DNA of 64,000 nucleotides from Eledone cirrhosa (GCA_964016885.1 OZ024758.1:18104001-18168000); one strand, 5' to 3'; shown: positions 29,145 through 46,195, counted from the stretch's first letter. Notes: generated from the letters alone by a model not told the origin. Made by a program: numbers and translations.

Positions 29145-29552
29145 GACACAAGGCCAGCAATTTTTCGGTGAAGGGGAAAGTCGATTAAATCGACCCCAGT
29201 GCGTGACTGGTACTTTATTTTATCGAGCCCGAACTCAGATCATAAAGGGCCGTCATTCTATGCTGCAAAAAATGCCGTCCGACCCTCGACATAGGAAGAA
29301 TAATGGAAGAGAAAAGTAGAATATTATGTATTAAATGCATCTCAATTAGAAACACTTCTAATAATTGTTTCTACTTTTGTCACAAGCCAGCAATTATCCC
29401 AGTGTATTACTGGTACTTTATTTTATCGATCCCATAAGGATGAAAGGCAAAGTTAACCTCCGCGGGATTTGAACTCAGAATGGCAAGGGCCGTAACTCTG
29501 TGCTGGAAAGCATGGCGTCCGACCCTCTACCGATACTGCCAATCCACCGCCC
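29145..29552 (-). mobile_element. Two tRNA-derived SINE copies
   Basis: Family consensus. Confidence 0.85.
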
Positions 29553-29679
29553 TTCTAATAATAGTAACAATAACCTGGTATATACATATATACATATACA
29601 GGGTGTCACCAAAAAGGTATACATACTTTGATTAGAATGCTGTTGAAGTGTGTATATATTTTTGGGGGACATCCTCTCT

Positions 29680-29765
<86 letters not shown>

Positions 29766-30496
29766 GCGCGCGTGTTTTATGTGTGTGTTTCTGTAAAAAG
29801 TAAACAGAAATAACAAAGCAAACGAGACAGTAGAGATACAGGCACACACATACATAGGCACGTATTTATATATATTCAATATTCTAATCAAGGAATATCA
29901 TGTATAGAATGCGAATAGCTTCTCGTTAGAATATTCGTCTGGTACTGGGATGGAATTGCTAGAAAATATCTACGTTTCTGTATATATTACTTTCTTAACT
30001 TAACTACATTCGGCATTGTTGTGGCTTAGTTTCAATGTGTTCAGTAGTGAATTTCCATTTTATGGTGCCATACATATGCAGTAAAAGTGTATTTATATCT
30101 GACATAGAAAAACATTCATTTTAGTGTATCGTAAATTATGTTCCTTGAAGCAAATTCAATAAACTGCTGAAGTAGACAGGGACACAACTATGATATTTTA
30201 TAACAAAATGAGTATTTTGGTAATAAAGATACTAATGCGACAGCGCTTATTATCCAGTCGATAATCTATGCATTCGTTAAAATTCATAATCCTCTCAGAT
30301 TAAATATGTCTCGGCTGTTCTATCTGTAACTGATATACATGTTCTCTGACTGCAACATATAAGTAAGAAATATTAAGACCTCTTCAGATTTCATGTTCAT
30401 CAATGTTTTATAAATAACATCTAGCATTCTATAGTAGCGACGTTCATATCTTAGTTGTTTCGAGAAATATATATAACAATTATCGATCCCTGTAAT

Positions 30497-30832
30497 AATT
30501 GTTTCTACTTTAGGCACAAGGCCAGCAATTACTCAGTGCATTACTGGTACTTTATTTTATCGACCCCGTAAGGATGAAAGGCAAAGTCAACCTCGGCGGC
30601 ATTTGAACTCAGATCGTAATAATGAAAGGTAAAGTTTGTTCATCTTATGTTTAGCATTTACATTACTCTATATATACTATTATGCTTTGGAGCATAGAGT
30701 TACGGCCCTTGTCATTCTGAGTTCAAATCCCGCCGAGGTTAACTTTGCCTTTCATCGTTATATGGTCGATAAAATAAAGTACCAGTAATACACTGGGTGA
30801 TTTGCTGTCCTTGTGCCAAAAGAAGAAACAAT
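30497..30832. mobile_element. Two oppositely oriented SINE copies (30497-30620 minus, 30682-30832 plus)
   Basis: Family consensus in both orientations. Confidence 0.8.
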
Positions 30833-30857
30833 TATATATATATATATATATATATGT

Positions 30858-31345
30858 ATAGGAAAAGGTATGACCCCGACGGCAGAGCTCAAGAATAGGT
30901 AAGACTTACCTATTCTTTAAACTCCCCTCCTCCTTTTCTCCAGAACATTTTTTTCTACTTTTCATACACTATCCTTAGAATCTGCTGTATAGATTTCTCT
31001 TTCAACGGCTGACTGGCTTTACCCACTCCCTCATTCTTCTACAGGCAAGTTCAGCCACCTCTACCTCCCACCAAATGCCATGATATGTATTTGTCTTTAC
31101 AACAAATGTTGACCAATCCTCTTGACAACTACAATTTTCCCATATGAGGAAGTACCCCTTGATAAGTTCGGCTATTTATTTACCAGCCTAAAAATTCGAA
31201 TTTAGTCCAGAAATAGCCGTCAAAACAGCTTGAGCTCTGCCGTCGGGCTCATACCTTTTCCTATAACCCACTCTACTACCCAAAGTATTGAGTACTCTGG
31301 TGCGTTATGGTCCATCTGGTTTCTTACCACAATTCAATCGTTATA
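30858..31345 (+). mobile_element. Longest copy of the 'GAAACGGC...GCCGTCGGGG' (TA)n-associated family, with a complete but mutated hammerhead at 31153-31248
   Basis: tacccc-TTGATAA-gttcggctattt...aaatagccgtc-AAAAC-agc-ttgagctct-gcc-GTC-gggc; other copies retain GAAAC and GTCGGGG. Confidence 0.65.
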
Positions 31346-31543
31346 TATATGTATATGTAGGTCTGTAATGATAAATGGCGAAAATAGATCTAAATTTTCA
31401 TAGAATAATTTTCATGATATTTGTTTGTCAATTGTTGGATACCACTTCATCATTTCCTTCTCTTTCAACATTTCTATATTTCATTTGCCTCTCACTCACC
31501 TTGAGTATTGTCCCTCTATTGACAACTGTGTGTGTTTATGTTA

Positions 31544-31587
<44 letters not shown>

Positions 31588-31594
<7 letters not shown>

Positions 31595-31885
31595 TTCAAA
31601 ATATTAACAAAAATAGACATTCTTGTGATCAAGTATATTTTATTATACATATTTCAGAGGTACTGGGCTAACGTCAACAGTACGTCCTCATCAGATAAAA
31701 TAAGATGATGCATGACATACCCTGACATAGTAGATGGTTAAGATTCAGTATCAGGGTATGTCATGAATCATCTTATTTTATCTGATGAGGACGTACTGTT
31801 AGCTCAGTACCTCTGAAATATGTATAATAAAATATTCTTGATCACAAGAATGTCGATTTTTGTTAATATTTTGAATTAATATTAA
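31588..31885. mobile_element. Fold-back element with intact hammerhead motifs in both arms (31636-31702 minus; 31774-31834 plus)
   Basis: tattttat-CTGATGA-ggacgtactg...cagtacctct-GAAA-tatgtATA-ataaaata; ~135-bp arms; near (TA)n on both sides. Confidence 0.85.
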
Positions 31886-31971
31886 TAACTCCGGAAAACC
31901 AAACTGTTGAGTTCTTCCAATCTATTGTAAAACTCATTCTTTGATTTATTCATTGGACCTTGTTTAACCTT

Positions 31972-32030
<59 letters not shown>

Positions 32031-32123
32031 GTTATTCCGGGTTGAATCGGAGGTAACCACAGTAAGTAAGGTACTCAATACATAGCAGAGTATAAAAGTT
32101 TTAATATAGATGAGATTCTACAG

Positions 32124-32162
32124 GACTAGAACTGTTTCATTCTTTAGAAATCATCAGTAATC
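32124..32162 (-). ncRNA. Minimal hammerhead motif, probably in the 3' terminal region of the Penelope-like element
   Basis: gatta-CTGATGA-tttct-aa-agaat-GAAA-cag-TTC-tagtc; helix III is imperfect. Confidence 0.6.
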
Positions 32163-32599
32163 TGGGAATCAAAAAATAAAAATGGTATTTATAGGTCTCT
32201 ACAGGTGGTAGGGGAGGGTGGGGAGTGGGATGGGTATAGGTCATTGGTTGATAGAAAAGGGAATTCATTAAAAGCTAATTCTACAAAGCTATAGTTTATT
32301 TTTATTTATTTATGTTTTTAGAGTAACAAAGGCAGACAGAATTCTATAAACAGGTTCCGGATGACATACCATTCCTTGTCATTAAGTTTCTCTTAAGCTA
32401 ACAGATGTCTATAAAATCAGTGGAGGGTCGGTCATGGTAGATAGAATAAAAGAAAAGGGAGATTCTTTAAAAGCTAAAATCGTTAAGGTTCTACTAAGTG
32501 ACAAAGGTTTAGAGAATTCTGTAGACAGATTCAAGATACTGAGTGCATATCTTACAATTATCTTCGAACTTCTCTTAAACTAATCAACTATATGCCAAA

Positions 32600-35130
<2,531 letters not shown>

Positions 35131-35286
35131 ATACGCATATACGCAGACACATAAAAACACCTCTACAGGCAGGAAATGTAGATAGGAAAGAGGTACTCAC
35201 ATAACCATAGTGGCTGTATTTCAGGTTGAGGAGGGGTGGGGGTAGGGTGGGGAGGAGGTATAGGGGCCAATAGGGGGAGGTCGTTT

Positions 35287-35772
35287 TTAGCCATCGGGCT
35301 TTAACACTGGCTTAAAATGTTTGAAATTTGCAAAGTTCTTGTGCATGCAGTTCGGGCAGTGTTCAGAGAGTTTGTTCAGTAGCGAGCCCTTGACGAATAA
35401 AATTTCGTAGCTCTCTGAGATACAAAGGTCACTGCCCTTGTGTCCCCCGTTGTAAGAGCTCGCTTACTGGAGTATTTTCCATTTAAGCGTGAAGGGGGTG
35501 GAGTTCCTTTTGAGGTCCCAAACGTAGGAGGCGAGTGTTGTCTGATTTGATTTATCCGGTCTCCTGAAGGAGTGGGTATGGGCATACCAACGGGTCTTAA
35601 AGTTGTTGGAGGTCATGCCGATGTAAGTTTTTTTGCAATCCTCGGTGCCTGAGATGACATCGCATTTGTATACGATGTCATTTGTGAGGCATTTGTTTTC
35701 AAGTGGGCATGCTTCCTTATTTAGGCAGTTACATAGAGCCCCAGTCCGGGGATTGGGTTCGGAGGTGGTTGG
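35287..35772 (-). mobile_element. Penelope-like retroelement C-terminal GIY-YIG endonuclease, 5'-truncated, one in-frame TAA
   Basis: CNCLNKEACPLENKCLTNDIVYKCDVISGTEDCKKTYIGMTSNNFKTRWYAHTHSFRR...TTLASYVWDLKRNSTPFTLKWKILQ*ASSYNGGHKGSDLCISESYEILFVKGSLLNKLSEHCPNCMHKNF; absent from the ORF track. Confidence 0.9.
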
Positions 35773-35839
<67 letters not shown>

Positions 35840-36148
35840 ATATATATAATAGTACGTACTAAGAGTGAGAAATGAAATTTCCTTTCATTTTTTTTTCATT
35901 TTTCCCTTTATCATTTTCGGTACACCCGGCCGACTAATTCACTCGACATGCAAATTAGGCTGCTCAGCCTTTAATATGCATCAGGGAAGTATATACTTTC
36001 AAACGTTCAACAAACCGAACATTAACATAAATGATCGGTAAACCCATGCGTACATATATATATATATGTGTGTATGTATGTATATATATACATACTATTG
36101 TACGTCTGTACACATATATGTATGTACGTATACACACACAGACACACT

Positions 36149-36187
<39 letters not shown>

Positions 36188-36431
36188 TCTTCACATTTAT
36201 TATTATTGCTATATATGTATATATATATATATGTGTGTGTGTGTGTATATAGGTGTTCAGGTGTAAGTAAATTGCGTCTGTAGGTGGTATGCTAGATGAG
36301 TACTCGATGCTCTTGCGCAGCAGTGTAGCAAGAGTTAGGTTCTATGGTTAATAGATAGTTCCTCGAGCTGATAGCCAGTGAAACATACGTAATATTTTGC
36401 AACACTGATACTTTGTTCCCTTATATATTAA

Positions 36432-36465
<34 letters not shown>

Positions 36466-37147
36466 TGTGTGTATGTATGTATGTATATAAATATATATAT
36501 ATACTTATATAAATATATGTGTGTGTGCACTTATGTGTGTGTATCTGTAAATGCAAAAGTATGCCATCCCCATGTCAATTGCTTTCTGTTAATGGCCTCT
36601 TCCTCATCTTATTTTTTTAAATATAAAGACGCCTAATTTATTGTATTTGCAGAATGAGAGAAAAAAATGCCTGGAATTTAATGAGAAGCAATTTAGATAT
36701 GCATAAATTGTTCATACAAAAAATATCTATTAAAAGCCTGAAATGTATATAAGGAAATAAATATATATTTTTTGTAAAAAAATAAAACAGTTACAAATTA
36801 TGCAATTGTTGACAAGAATGAATGTAAATGACGTTATAAAAACACAGATTGGATGGGAAATATTTATGTGAAATACGTTTGTTTAATTTCCAACAACTAT
36901 ACATCGGTATTTTAATGGATGCGATTGAAATGAGTCAACCCACTAAAGGATAATAGGATGAAATAAACAAACGGGATTTATGTACGTCTATATCATCCTA
37001 AAGTAAATAAATGTCAGTTCTCTTTTTACATAAATGATTGACAGCCGAAAATAAACTTAAACATACTTGCATGCACAGAAAATTATGTATACCTGGATAT
37101 ATTACATATAAATATATCTCTCTCTCTTTCCGTCTCTCTCTCTCTCG

Positions 37148-37211
<64 letters not shown>

Positions 37212-37522
37212 GTATTTATACGTATTTATATATATATATAGTTTCAGAAGATACCGTTAAAGGTGAAAGCACCGATTATTTGCTTAAATTTACTCTGTTA
37301 TTTTAATATATATATATTAGAGGGTGAACTGACTAAGCGAATTTCGTTGAAATCTGCGGTAGCTAATGGTCAACTTCCTTCGGTCATGCGCCTGTGCAGA
37401 CCGGTGGGGGTGAATTGGTACTCATAGGGGAACGGATGAAGAACCAAAAAGCACACACTTCGTACGTTCCCATGTCGATTTAACTTGGATTGCCTCGGAA
37501 ACATAACCTTATTATGTAACAA

Positions 37523-37579
37523 GCTGTCTGATGATGTCACGACACTCGCCAGTGTCGTCATTGAAATATATATCACAGC
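37523..37579 (+). ncRNA. Intact type I minimal hammerhead ribozyme
   Basis: gctgt-CTGATGA-tgtcacgacact-cgcc-agtgtcgtcatt-GAAA-tatat-ATC-acagc. Confidence 0.85.
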
Positions 37580-39636
37580 ATTATTATTAAAGGACTTGAA
37601 CATCTGAAACTACTTCGCTTTTACTTATTCTATATATATATTTTTTTTTTTCAGGGATTGTAGCGTCCTTTTTATTATTATTATATATATATTTATATGC
37701 CCCCACACCCCTCCAACTGTTAAGTGGTTGTGTAGGTGTCACGACAAAAAAGCACCCAGTCCTTACTGTAAAGTGTTCGTGTAGGTGTCATAACAAAAAA
37801 TCACCTAGTCCTCACTGTAAATGATGTTGGTGTTAGGAAGGGCATCCGTCTGTAAAAACCAAACTAAAAGCAGTTATGTATGAGACAAACATAGCCCACA
37901 ACAGGATAGCCCGTATAACAAATGCTAGCATGGAAGAATGGATGTAAAACGGTGATGATGATATATAACCTTGTTTTTTTCACCCATAAAAATGTGTTTC
38001 TAAACTGCACATTGAGTTCATCGAATGCAGGGAGAACTTGAGAAAACTGTTTTAAGTAGTGTGAACATACTAAACGTACTATATTAGATTTTATTGTATC
38101 AAAGGTAACAGTAATTATACATGAAACAAATGTGTCGGGCTAAGGAGATCGCTTCACAATATTATAGCCAATACTTACGGAAATAAATTTGTAGGATTTG
38201 TTTAACTTAAAATGAATTATCTACCGGATGTATATATACATACGTACAAAAAAGTCTTATTGGTTTCACGCTTTATATGAAAAAGGAGGAAGAAAGTGTT
38301 ATATATGTGTGTGTGCGTGTATACTGACTGGGTGGGTGTGCGTTTGTGCATATTTGTATAGGTGTGTATCTATAAAAACATTAATGCATTAATGCATATG
38401 GCTAGATTTATGGCTTATAACCCATCGATTCGACAAAAACGAGATCAATAAAATAGCAAAGGAATAAAAGTGTAATGAGACATAATCTCAATGTTTAACC
38501 AATAAGTCGTGTTCACAACAAAGAAAAAGACTTAAACGGAAATGGATCTTGGTTGAATAATTAGAAGTTACAAAGTCTTACGTTACTGCTAACCTAACCA
38601 CTCCCCTTATATTGCTTAATTGACGTGACAAATCCTGTGAAGACGCACCGCTGAGGGACTTGCACAAATAAGTACTAAAGTACTCTTAAAACTACAAAAA
38701 GAAATTTTACGAAACAACCGAATTAAGCGTAAATAAATACGAAATGTGTGAATAGAAATACTAACAGAAAATAATAGCGTGATATTTGTTAGAACAGAAG
38801 TCTTTATATCCAGCGCAGAGCAGAAAGAACTGTTCAACAATATACTATATATAGATAAGTAATATTAACCACCAACGAACATACAAAATCAAATGTTGAA
38901 CTGACTAGTGATAATAATATGGACAAAAGATTATGTTTCATACAATTTAGAGAATGCAGGGATTGACAAAACATAAAAGACAGAATTACACGCATATTTA
39001 AACCTGTGAATTCGTAGCATTGAGGATGAGCTTCAAACCAGTAGAATAACATATAACTTTACCAATAGAACCTAAATCAAATAAGTTTACATCACACGAG
39101 AGATAATTACAGAGAAATACATGAAAGGCAGAAACATATATGAAAATCATTTACTACTTCAGACAAAGTTTGCAAATTTATGTTGCGAGAACAATATCAT
39201 TTTAAATGGAAGACATAGTTTTCATACTTTAGGAAATAGACTTATCATACAAAATAACACTGTATTTTTCAATTCAGTCCATCTTTATCGACAAATAACA
39301 TGATAAAATAAAATGCTTACAAAAACAGACTGGTCTTTATTCAGACAAGGGCAGTATATATCATTGGTTCAGTTTCTGTCTTTGTAATTGGTAAACTCAC
39401 TTTGAAAAAAAAAACTAACAGGGACAATGAAATAGGAAAGATCTGTTCTGATATGGAGATTAGATTAAGCAGGAAGAAATATATCGTTATGTAGAAGTAT
39501 ACACGGACATGAGAAGCTGAATAATGTGCAAGTACACATGCAAACACAAACACGCACAATTATATATATAACTCTCTTCCTCCGGTTGCAACGTTTTTCT
39601 AAATATTCACTTCTGCGTTCACAGATTGACTTTGTT

Positions 39637-39687
39637 AGTTTCAGAAGATCCCGTTAAGGGTGAAAGCAGCGATTCTTTGCTTAAACT
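39637..39687 (+). ncRNA. Hammerhead-like motif with CAGAAGA core; copies at 37240-37290, 62899-62950 and partial 63098-63138 minus
   Basis: agttt-CAGAAGA-tccc-gttaa-gggt-GAAA-gca-gcgattctt-tgc-TT-aaact; all three helices pair. Confidence 0.55.
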
Positions 39688-39794
39688 TTAATCTGTTATT
39701 TTAATACATATTTGCTCTACGGTTCTTATATATTCGATATATATTTATCCTTATCGAGCCCTTTTTGGATTTTAGTCTTCAAATTTATTATTAT

Positions 39795-39830
<36 letters not shown>

Positions 39831-39945
39831 TTATCAACTAGAAATTAACATAAAATGCTCGGATCTGCTCATTGGAATCTTTGAGCATATTCTGCAGTGG
39901 ATATGGTGCATGTCTTTCAGACATGACACCCTTAATTTAATTTGT

Positions 39946-40120
39946 TTGACCCCGACGGCAGAGCTCAAGTCGTTACGCCGGCTATTTCTTGACTACCAGA
40001 ATAGCCGTCGAAACGGCTTGACACTGCTGTCGGGGTCAAATATTTTCCTATTACCCACTGTACTACCTTAAGTGCACTGGTGCGTTATGGTCCACTGGTT
40101 CCTTACCACACCTTCGTTAT
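39946..40120. mobile_element. Fold-back copy of the GAAACGGC...GTCGGGG family
   Basis: ttgaccccgacggcag...ggctatttcttgactaccagaatagccgtcgaaacggc...gtcggggtcaa palindrome, then the family tail and (TA)n. Confidence 0.75.
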
Positions 40121-40468
40121 ATATATATATATACATATATGGTGGCTGCCAACTCGTTTTCGAGTACGGCCACTACTTTATATCCATGTAGGAGAACCCC
40201 TACTGATGCGCTGAACGAGTGTGACTTTTTAGTCCAGCCAGCGACTTGAAAGCTCTGGTACAAACACTACACTTGTGACAATTATTGACACATAGTGCTG
40301 GGCCCATGGTACCACGTGACGACAAATGCAGAGAGATCTCCAGATACAAAGCAATGCCTGTGCCGTGAAGCTTTTATAGTGAGCAAAGGCACTGCACAAT
40401 GCCAGTCCCACTCTGCATATATATATGCATAGATACATGCATAGATACATGCATAGATATATGCATAG

Positions 40469-40511
<43 letters not shown>

Positions 40512-40536
40512 GTCTGTGTGTGTGTGTGTGTGTGAG

Positions 40537-40569
<33 letters not shown>

Positions 40570-41425
40570 GTAAAGGCCCGTAACTCCATGTTGCAAAGCA
40601 TGGCATCCGCCCTTCGAACGATACTGCCAATCCACCGCCATTTATATATACAAACACAATAATTGATTCTACTTTAGGCACAAGGCCAGCAATTACCCAG
40701 TGCATTACTGGTTCTTTATTTTATCGACCCCGTAAGGAGGAAAGGCAAAGTCAACCTCGTTGGGATTTGAACTCAGATCGTAAAGGGACGTAACTATGCT
40801 GGAAAGCATGGCGTCCGACCCTCTACTGATACTGCCATTCCACCGCCCTTATATACAAACACAATAATGCTATACAAATATATTTATACATATACAGTAA
40901 CATCTTACATAAGCATTATATTGAATTCATAAATAAAAGTTAGAATGAGATTATTCAATGAATTAATAGAAAAGATTCCCTTTGGCTCTGTGTAAAGCTG
41001 TAAACAAGGAGGATATATAGAATGATCTGAATTCGTTAAACCCTTAAGCAATATATCCAACGTAGATTGTAAGAGAAATGATAAACCAGTTATGAAATCG
41101 ATGGGGGAGTTGCTTTGATATTTTAAAACCCGTCATTAAACGTGATCCAAATTCAGTTTGCAAAACTGGCAGTAACTGATGTTTGTATCGAAATAAGGGA
41201 ACACTTTGATATTGATTGAGAATACCAACAACCTTTGAGAAAGATGAATATATTATCATAATAATTATTTCTACCTTTGGCACAAGGCCAGGTTATTTTA
41301 TCGACCCCGTAAGGATGAAAGGCAAAGTCAACCTCGGCGGGATTTGAACTCAGATCGTAAAGGGACGTAACTATGCTGGAAAGCATGGCGTCCGACCCTC
41401 CACCGATACTGCCAATCCACCGCCC
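40570..41425 (-). mobile_element. tRNA-derived SINE copies (40570-40640, 40660-40850, 41265-41425)
   Basis: Family consensus. Confidence 0.85.
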
Positions 41426-43734
41426 TTATCATAATAATGAAGGTATTTTTTTCATAGAAATTTAATATTAGTAATGTATTTATAATCAATACATTTTCCA
41501 TATCTTATACTATAGGAAACGATTGTTTACATTGATCTTTTGTAAGATATATATTGAATATTGATTGACATCCAAAAATAATCTCTTTGATAGACAGTAG
41601 AAATTAAATGTCATAACGGTTCTGACTTAAACGTCTTTTCAGTTGTTTATGTATTCATGTTGGTGATGATGATTATCCTGATGTTGTTGATGTAGATGAC
41701 AATGTCAATAAAGAAGATGAGAATGATGGCGACAATGATTAGCCCGTTAGCATTTCAACCGGCCATATCCGGCCACCATTTTCTTACTCTTTCTGTTCAA
41801 ACTGGCCATAACTGGCTGCTCATACTGATGTTAAAGCATTGTCCTCAAAATAAAGTACATCTCATCGATTTGATATTATCTGAGATAATTATATGAGATA
41901 AAGCTTTTACCATGAAAATACAATAGGATATATAGAATAGTTGATTCTACATTTGACACTAGGCCAACAATTGCCCAGTGTGTGTGTGTGTGTGTGCGCG
42001 TGTATGTGTGCGTGACAGCTCACACCTATGCTGGTTTTAGCTGGCTTCCTCCGAAGTATATCTCGTTGGAGTTATATTGGGTGATTTAATGATAGGGACG
42101 CCAGTCGTATCATCTCATTTCTACAGCTGAGTAAACTGGAGTAACATGAAATAAAGTGTCTTGCTCAAGGAAACAACACATCACCTGGTCCGAGAATTGA
42201 ATTCACAACCTTTCGATTGCAATCACAATGCTCTAACCACTAAGCCATGCGCCTTCAGAATTATCCAGTACATTACTGATACTTTATTTTATCGACCCCG
42301 TAAGCACGAAAGGGAAAGATAACCTGGACGGGATTTGTAATCAGGCCGTAAAGGGACGTAACTATGCTGGAAAGCATGGCGTCAGACTCTCAACCGATAA
42401 TGACAACGAGAATGGTGTTCAACACGATGATGATGACAATACTGGTGCAATAAAACATGATGAAGACGATGACAGTGGTGGGTCAGTCCTGATGTTATAT
42501 AATATAGAGAGATGTGAAACATACAACAAAGGGAAGAAAGTGATAAATCTGCAGAAACTCTCTACATATCGAATGGATTGAGTAATTAAAAGAGTAAAAG
42601 ACTAAAATATGTAGATATTTATTATTTGTTTTATCTGCAGCTATAATAGTTTAATATTTAGCCCATTTATTACCTTGTATAATCCTGCCACTGGTGGCGG
42701 CCATAATACAATACAAATGTTAAGAAGATGAATTATATTTGAGAAGGACTCAACATGCCTTTGTTTATAATAGTTCAATCGTTTGCGACCCTTTGAAATT
42801 TGCAGCCATAAATATATGCTGATTCTGTCAAAGTATGCTTGTCATTTTTGGCATGCAATGAAACCACAAAACAGAACATGTAGTATAAATATACATGTTT
42901 ATAGTTATATTTAATTCAAATACACGTACAAACACACAAATTCAATTATAAATGATATAATGAATTTCAAAAGTTGTTCAAAACCCATCTTATAACTGGA
43001 TTACTTTGAAACCTGTTAAACATTATTTAAAACAATAATGAAATTAATATGATAAAAATGTAATTGAATGAATTATGTTTGTTTGCTTGATTTTTTGAGT
43101 TACTTAAATGTTATCAATTTTATATATTTCATTGTAAATAATGATTTAGGTTTCATTTTTTAGAATAAGTTATCCTCCCTTATAGAACAATATTTGGCAG
43201 ACTGAATACATTACTGTTGAAACCAGAAAGTATGCATTAGCCTAAACGTTTAGATTTATTGTCGAATTGAATTAACATTCTCGCGTGAATTCTTTATTTG
43301 CCTCAGTATTATGGCTTCAAAGAAAATATATTCTTTCATTAGCTGACAGATCAACATTTCCTTAATCACACAATACAGTCTAACCTAACAAGCATCCAGT
43401 TTTCTGAAATCGTTGAATGTCATCTGCATATAAAATGAATAAATATTTAGACAATCATTTCGTATATGTTGTGCTATTTCATTCATTATGTTTCATTTCA
43501 GTATTTCTAAGATTTTGCTTTAACATCACAAACCGTGCTTCAGCTGAAATTTCTTTAGATGCTATTATTAGAAAATATATTAAAATGCTATACAGGCATT
43601 TAATTTCTTACATTTCTATCTTGAAACACGCTGTTGATAAATTGTATTTGTATTAAATATAAATATTAGAAGTAAATAGTTAGAATCACCAAACTCATCC
43701 TTATGTTCCAGGAACTAGTGAAGCCAGTTGTTAG

Positions 43735-44105
43735 AGTCGCATACTAGATGTGCCACTGGTGCAGTCACTCGTTAAGGTGTCACACTAGATGTGCCACTGG
43801 TACAGTCAGTCATTGGAATGTCACACTAGATGTGCAACTGCTACAGCTAGTCATTGGAATGCCACACTAGATGTGCCACTGCTGCAGTCAGTCATTGGAA
43901 TGTCACACCATATGTACCACCGGTACAACCAGTCATTGGAATGTCACACCATATGTACCACCGGTACAACCAGTCATTGAAATGTCACACCATATGTACC
44001 ACCGGTACAGTCAGTCATTGGAATGCCACACTAGATGTGCCACTGGTATAGTCAGTCATTGGAATGTCACACTAGATGTGCCATTGGTGTAGCCAGTCGT
44101 TGGGG
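43735..44105 (+). repeat. 41-bp minisatellite, about 9 units
   Basis: gtcattggaatgtcacactagatgtgccactggtacagtca with starts at 43809, 43850, 43891 and onward. Confidence 0.9.
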
Positions 44106-44544
44106 TGCCAACTGGACACTTTTACTGTCAAATGATGTCGCCAATGTTCTCTATTGCCAATCATCTATAGAAGGGTCTATGTGTTATGACTAGTCCAATC
44201 TTTGATGTTTTCTAACCAGGATTTTCTTTGTCAGTCCCCCCCCTCCCTGGGACTGTGCCCCGAAGTATAGTTTTAGACATGGAGGTAGAATTTACAGCGA
44301 ATGAAACAAATATACACATATTTTCAACAGTGCTTCTATTTCAATTGTCCTTATTTGGAAATGCTCGCATATGAAAATAGTAAACCATGATCCAGAAAAT
44401 AAAACAAACTATTGTTAGTTAGCGAGGTCAAACTTTGCCTTTCATCCATACGGGGTCGATAAAATAAAGTACCAGTAATGTACTGGGTAATTGCTGGCCT
44501 TGTGCCACAAGTAGAAACAATTATATAAAAATAAAGTTATCTTA

Positions 44545-44586
<42 letters not shown>

Positions 44587-44961
44587 TAATAATAATAAAT
44601 GTGAAGACTAAAATCCGAAGAGGGCTCAATAAGGATAATATATATACAAATTTTTCGTATAAATATATGAAAAAATTGGAGAATCCGACGGCTGAACTCT
44701 GGTCATTTCATCATCTTGATGTGAACTGTTCAGATCGAGTACTCTGCTGAGTAATAGTCTAACTGGGATTTAACGCCTCCAATCCACACTGTAAAGTGGT
44801 TGGTGTTAGGAAAGGCTCCCAGCCGTAGAAAGCTGGCCAGGGACAGTTCTGTAAGAGTGAGACACATTCTCCAGACCAATCACGCCTCAAGTAGAACAAA
44901 ACTGTCCAACCCATAATAGCGTGGAAGATGGACATCAAATTATGATGAGGGGGATTTATAA

Positions 44962-45002
<41 letters not shown>

Positions 45003-45004
<2 letters not shown>

Positions 45005-45193
45005 ACGAAGGAAATGTGGTAAGGAACCAGGTGGACCATAACGCACCAAAGTACTCAATACTTAGGGTTGTACAGTCGGTAATAGGAACGAGTAGGACCC
45101 CGACGGCTGAGCTCAAGCCGTTTCGACGGCTAATTCTGGACCAGAATTAGCCGTCGAAACGGCTTGAGCTCAGCCGTCGGGGTCCTACTCGTT

Positions 45194-45197
<4 letters not shown>
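45003..45197. mobile_element. Fold-back copy of the GAAACGGC...GTCGGGG family between (TA)n tracts
   Basis: Essentially perfect palindrome at 45082-45198 centred at ctgg-a-ccag. Confidence 0.85.
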
Positions 45198-45244
<47 letters not shown>

Positions 45245-45551
45245 CTATCGTTCTCTAATAGTCTTTGTTTGAATGATAGGAAGATTGATATAGAGACCAG
45301 CTTTTATAAATTTTACATTATATTGACATGATTGTGCCACAATTAGATATGTCAAACATAAATGTTAATCATAGGTAAGTGTTATTGAGTTTCTTCACGA
45401 TGACAGAATATAAATAAGAGAGACAGGATTAAACGTTGAATATGCTTGAACGCCTACGCCATTAATAAATAATTATTAAGTCTGGTATCAAATAATCATA
45501 CAGCTACAGGCAAACACACACACATATACATATATATATTCATTTTATTAA

Positions 45552-45682
45552 GGCCGAATAGTGAGTCTTATTACTCTCGATTTTCCCCTGTTTATCATAA
45601 GGTCATCAGACAAGAACACTTGTCTCATGATCTTATGATAAAGAGGCGAAACTACAGAGTAATAAGACTCACTATTCGCCCT
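45552..45682. repeat. Hairpin with degenerate hammerhead cores in both arms
   Basis: Plus: CTCATGA...GAAA; minus: CTGATGA...GAAA; arms about 60 bp. Confidence 0.55.
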
Positions 45683-46165
45683 CTAATTCTTATATAAAGC
45701 AGAGACATGCAACATGTGGCCCACGGGTCACAATGTTGCCCTCCAACCAGTCAGAGTTGCCCTCGATGACCGTTTTTAACTTTTACTTTGTAGGCTTAGG
45801 ATTCTTTTCGTAACCATGATACAATTTTTTTTTAGTTAACTTATAGTAAAGGGCTTCACTGATAGGTTTATGTGTGTTTTAATTTCCCAGTTCCAGAAAT
45901 ATTAATGGACCTAATAGTTGTTCTAATGTTCAAAAGTGTCCCGCCAAAGGCTGAGGTTACATAATGTTTTCAAGCAGTGTAATATATCCCAACATATACA
46001 TTACAATATTTATATAATTGTTTCTAATTTTGCCACAAGGCCAGCAATCACCCAGTACATTACTGGTACTTTATTTTATCGACCCCGTAAGAATGAATGG
46101 CAAAGCTAACCTTGGCGGGATTTGAACTCAGTCCATAAATTTTAATTGTTTCTACAATATTTATA

Positions 46166-46195
<30 letters not shown>

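Noticed and set aside
35464-35466. In-frame stop in the PLE endonuclease as a selenocysteine codon
   Set aside because: The codon is TAA, not TGA, and no SECIS was recognised.
43735-44105. CRISPR-like array
   Set aside because: Contiguous tandem units without unique spacers, eukaryotic context, no cas genes.
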